A DNA stretch of 64,000 nt from Mobula hypostoma (lineage: Eukaryota), in assembly GCF_963921235.1 (NCBI RefSeq), contig NC_086097.1:113152001-113216000 (forward strand), read 5' to 3'. Of the stretch, positions 60,013-64,000 are shown one piece after another (within the stretch, counting starts at the first letter, position 1; each line of letters begins with the position of its first letter). Both the position numbers and the translations under genes were made by a program. Below the pieces are notes generated by a model. The model was not told where the DNA came from. It saw only the letters and a program-made list of their open reading frames with translations, and ran no database searches.

Positions 60013-60347
60013 ATATTTGTATCTAATCAGACCTACGTACATACATAGGTGACAAAATCTAAGTAATTGTTCCAAACATTGGGATCACAAATTTCTCTTC
60101 ATTCAGCTTTTTATATTTCATTTACATGAACTTCCATAAACCATTTAATAAATTTTAGCAAAAAAGATGAAAATATATAAAATTGGTGACAACGTTTTAA
60201 CAATGCTTATAATGTAGAAGTGAGAGTAAAGATAAGGGACACATTCGTTTTGGCATGATGCAACTATTGAACTCTTCCAATTCACTATATTTAAAATAAT
60301 TTAAATTAAGGTATGAAGGTTCCGTCATCAAAGCTTAATGAAAAAAA

Positions 60348-60445
60348 TCACACACACAAAATGTTGGAGGAACTCAGCAGGTCAGGCAACATCTGTGGAA
60401 ATGAATAATCAGCCAACATTTTGGGCCAAGACCCTTCATCAGGAC
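60348..60445 (-). mobile_element. PLE terminal-repeat fragment with a decayed hammerhead
   Basis: Minus strand GTC-CTGATGA-AGGGTCTTGGCCC-AAAATGTTGGC. Confidence 0.8.
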
Positions 60446-60504
60446 AAAAAAAAATTAGATGTTTTAAAAGTAAAGCTGATGGGAACATACACTTGCAAAG
60501 GTTA

Positions 60505-61385
60505 TTTTCTCTGGAGCAGCAGAAACTGGGAGGAGATCTGATAGAGGTTTATAAGATCATAATTAGTAGAGAGCAGACAGACAGTAACTATTTCCCAGGA
60601 TTGAGGTGACTAATACCAGAGGGCAGCATTAAGGTGACAAGGAGTAATTTTGAAGGAGATGATAGAGGTAAGTTTATTTTTAACACAGAGAGTGGGGTGC
60701 CTGTAATTTGCAGCCTGGGGTGACGGTAGAGTAGGGTTGCCAACTGTCCTGTATTAGCCGGGACATCCCGTATATTGGGCTAAATTGGTTTGTCCCATAC
60801 AGGACCGCGTTAGTCCCGTATTTCTCCCGCTAAGGTAGAGCGTTCCGATGAAACCAATCGTAAGCCGAAATGGTGTAAAGTGAAGAAGCAATTACCATTA
60901 ATTTATATGGGAAAAATTTTTGAGCGTTCCCAAACCCAAAAAATAACCTACCAAATCATACCAAATAACACATAAAACCTAAAATAACACTAACATTTAG
61001 TAAAAGCAGAATCGGGAAGGTTAAGCCAAAACCGATTTGTAGAAAAAAACCAGCATGTACACGCAAGCGCACACAGGTGCCCGCGCAAGTTCTCATGGTC
61101 ATGGTAGTTCTTCTCGGGGTAAACACAAGTGTCCTGTATTTGACTGCTAATTTTGTCCCTTATTTGGGAGTGAGAAAGTTGGCAACCCTACAGTAGAGGC
61201 AGGTACATTAGGGACTTTTAAGAGATGTTTCGATTAGCACACGAATGTGAGGAAAATAGAAGGATATGAATACTGTTGGCCAATGAGGAATTAGTTTAAT
61301 TGGCCATTTGAACATTAATTTACTTGACTCAGTACAACACTGAGGACCGAAGGGCCTGTTCCTGTGTTGTACTGTTCTTTGTTCA
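60505..61385 (+). mobile_element. CR1 3' end interrupted by a hAT MITE
   Basis: FSLEQQKLGGDLIEVYKI; 3' UTR GGACCGAAGGGCCTGTTCCTGTGTTGTACTGTTCTTTGTTC. Confidence 0.85.
60732..61190. mobile_element. hAT-superfamily MITE
   Basis: Perfect 14-bp TIRs TAGGGTTGCCAACT / AGTTGGCAACCCTA; 8-bp TSD CGGTAGAG / CAGTAGAG; subterminal GTCCCGTAT-type repeats. Confidence 0.92.
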
Positions 61386-61536
61386 AAGTTCTAAAGAAAA
61401 ACATGGTTTAAGTGCTTGCATAAAACTATCAGGTTGAAGTCAAAGTTAAGAAATAGAAGATCATTCACTTTTGATCTGAGCTCAGTGTATTATCTCCCTG
61501 CAGAGATATTAAGAACTCTTGAGAAATAGATAAATA

Positions 61537-62146
61537 CAGTGCCTATAAGAAGTATTCACCACCCCAGCCCCCCTCCCCCCCGCCTTGGAAGTTTTCATGT
61601 TTTATGCCGGAGGAATATTGAATCACAGTGAATTTAATTTGGCTCTTTTTGACACACTGATCAACAGAAAAAGACTCTTATGTGTCAAAGTGAGCTAAAT
61701 TAATCGCACATATAAACCACAAAATAATTGATTGCATAAGTATTCACTCCCCCCCTTAAGTCAATATTTAGTAGATGCACCTTTGTCAGCAATTATTGCC
61801 TTGAGCCATGTGGATAGGTCTCTATTAGCTTTGCACATCTGGACACTGCAATTTTTCCCCCATTCATCTTTACAAAACTGCTCAAGCTTTGTCAGATCGT
61901 GAGTGAGCAACCCTTTTCAAGTCCAGCCACAGATTTTCAATTGGATTGAGGTGTGGACTCTGACTTGGCCACTCCAGGACATTAACTCTGCTGTTTTTAA
62001 GCCATTCCTGTGTAGTTTTGGCTTTATGTTCGGGGTCTTTGTCTTGCTGGAAAACAAATCTTCTCCCAAGTCACAGTTCTCTTTTAGACTGCATCAGGTT
62101 TCCCTCCAGGATTTCTCTGTATTTTGCTGCATTTATTTTATCCTCT
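61537..62146 (-). mobile_element. Tc1 transposon 3' part (IR/DR type), interrupted by CR1
   Basis: TA|CAGTGCCTATAAGAAGTATTCACC with an internal repeat TAAGTATTCAC at ~61737; minus translation [33 protein letters not shown]. Confidence 0.88.
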
Positions 62147-62500
62147 AAAAAAAAAAGAAGAAGGAAGTTGCAGACTTCTTCTCTTCGGATCAAGAAGACA
62201 GCGGTAAGAGGCTAAGGTTTTCCAGCAACAAGACATTTTATTTCTTGGAGTAGGAGAGAGGACAGACTGCACAGGCGCATGACGTCAGCCAGTTGAGTGC
62301 GAACAGTTTAAAAAGAAAACCGCCATATCCAGCGGGCAGCGTCGGAGCGGGCTGCGGAGTGAAAGGGTGCAGAGTGAAAGGGCTTTGGCTCAACGGGCTT
62401 CGGCGGAGACGGGAAGAGGCTTCCTGCGACCGTTGAGTCTCATAGCAATGGAGTAAGTTACAGTTTTTTGCTATTTAGTACAAACAGTAGCATTAGAGGT

Positions 62501-63358
62501 ATGCATCTAGGATTAGTGTTGTGCTTGGAGTGCCAGATGTGGGGACCCTGGGAGACTCCCAGCCTCCCCAAGGATTACATCTGCACCAGGTGCACTGAGA
62601 TGAGGCTCCTGAAGGACCGTGTTAAGGAGCTGGAGATGGAAATTGATGACCTTTGGCTAATTAGGGAAAGTGAGGAGGTGATAGATACTACCTATAGAGA
62701 GGTAGTGGATAGCACCCCTGTGACAGTCCCCCTCAGAAATCGATACATCGTTTTGGATACTGTTGAAGAGGCAGACCTGACAGAGGAGGACCACAGTGAA
62801 TGAGACTCTGGCATTCTGCCCAGTGCTGAAATCAAGAGAGCAAGAAGAAATGCGGTAGTTATAGGGGATTCCATCATAAGGGGGACGGACAAGAGGTTCT
62901 GCAAGCCAGACAAGGATACTTGGATGGTGTGTTGCCTCCCTGGTGCCAAGGTACGGGATGTCTCAGATCGAGTCCAGAGTATTCTGAGGAGAGAGGGCGT
63001 GCAGCTGGAAGTTTTGGTACATGTTGGTACCAATGACATAGACAGAAAAAGAGAGGAGGTCCTGAAGAAAGATTACTGGGAGCTAGGAAGAAAATTGAAA
63101 AGCCGGACCTCCAGAGTAATAATATCAGGATTGCTGCCTGAGCTGCATGCTGATGATGGGAAGAATAGCAGAATTAAGCAGATGAATGTGTGGCTAAGTA
63201 ACTGGTGCAGGGGGGAGGGCTTCAAATTCTTGAATCATTGGAATCTATTTTGGGGAAGGTATGACATATACAAAAAAGATGGATTACAGCTGAACTCAAA
63301 AGGTACTAATATCCTGGCGGGATTGTTTAATATAGCTGTTAGGGAGGGTTTAAACTAA
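62501..63358 (+). pseudogene. CR1 ORF1: zinc finger/leucine zipper + SGNH esterase-like domain
   Basis: CLEC..ICTRC..LLKDRVKELEMEIDDL; stop at 62801-03; then VVIGDSIIRG, VCCLPGAKV, VHVGTND, DGLQLN (DxxH His lost). Confidence 0.88.
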
Positions 63359-63459
63359 GTTGGCAAGGAGAAGGAAACCAAGGTGCTAGGGTCGAAGAAG
63401 AGGAGAATAGAAATAAGTCAAAAATACTGTGCAGCAAAGATGGCAAGAAGGACAGGCCG

Positions 63460-64000
63460 GTGAATATACAGGATAATTTGCTGCAAAATAGAAATATAGC
63501 AAAATCGGCAACAGATACTGATCTAAATATACTGTACTTAAATGCACGCAGCATTAGGAATAAAGTGGATGACCTTGCTGCAAAGCTGCAGGTTAAAAGA
63601 TATGACATTATGGCCATCACCAAGTCATGGCTAAATGATGGATGTGATTGGGAGCTGAATACCAAGGATACACAATGTATAGGAAAGATAGGAAGGTAGG
63701 TAAAGGGGGTGGCGTGGCCCTGATGGTAAGTAACGATATCAAGTCAATAGAAAGAAGGGACATAGGATCAGAAGAGGTAGAATCCTTATGGGTAGAATTA
63801 AGAAATGGCAAGGGTAAAAAGACACTAATAGCAGCTATATACAGGCCTCCAAACAGCAGCCGGGATGTGGACTACAAGTTGCAGCTGGGAATAGAAAAAG
63901 CGTGTCAGAAGGAAAATGTCAAGATAATTATGGGGGATTTTAATATGAAAGTGGATTGGGAAAGTCAAGAAGGTAATGGATCTCAGGAGAGGGAGTTTGT
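63460..64000 (+). pseudogene. CR1 ORF2 apurinic endonuclease N-terminus
   Basis: LNILYLNARSIRNKVDDL..AITKSWL (conserved E replaced by K), frameshift near 63660, then GYTMYRKDR..GGGVAL..ESLWVEL..IYRPP..IIMGDFN. Confidence 0.9.

Larger units (their letters stand above)
62147..64000 (+). mobile_element. 5' end of a full-length CR1 LINE (5' UTR, ORF1, start of ORF2); runs off the window
   Basis: CpG-rich 5' UTR; ORF1 and ORF2 motifs as listed in the next two features. Confidence 0.92.

Overview
Eukaryotic, repeat-saturated vertebrate DNA. The transposon repertoire points to a cartilaginous fish, probably a ray; this is inferred from element families, not proven. I cannot support any intact host protein-coding gene, rRNA or tRNA. 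Most ORFs in the track are fragments of CR1 and Rex1/Babar LINEs, Tc1/mariner and hAT transposases, or noise. Elements are deeply nested: CR1 inside CR1, with Tc1, Rex1 tails, a Penelope-like tail and an RTE-derived element inside those. The most interesting signal is catalytic RNA. (1) About ten copies of a Penelope-like (PLE) terminal repeat carry a minimal type I hammerhead ribozyme motif. One copy (56214-56251, minus) retains every core nucleotide, and one insertion (4628-5166) is a palindrome with a hammerhead on each strand. (2) Three short non-coding RTE-related retroposons carry HDV-like double-pseudoknot candidates, clearest at 12101-12308. Also notable: a 620-bp foldback mariner MITE with five TIR copies, an R4/Dong endonuclease fragment, a CORE/V-like SINE with a 12-bp TSD, a ~420-bp local duplication, and one candidate TATA-driven first exon (32826-32948, minus). 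Boundaries without TIRs or TSDs are approximate.
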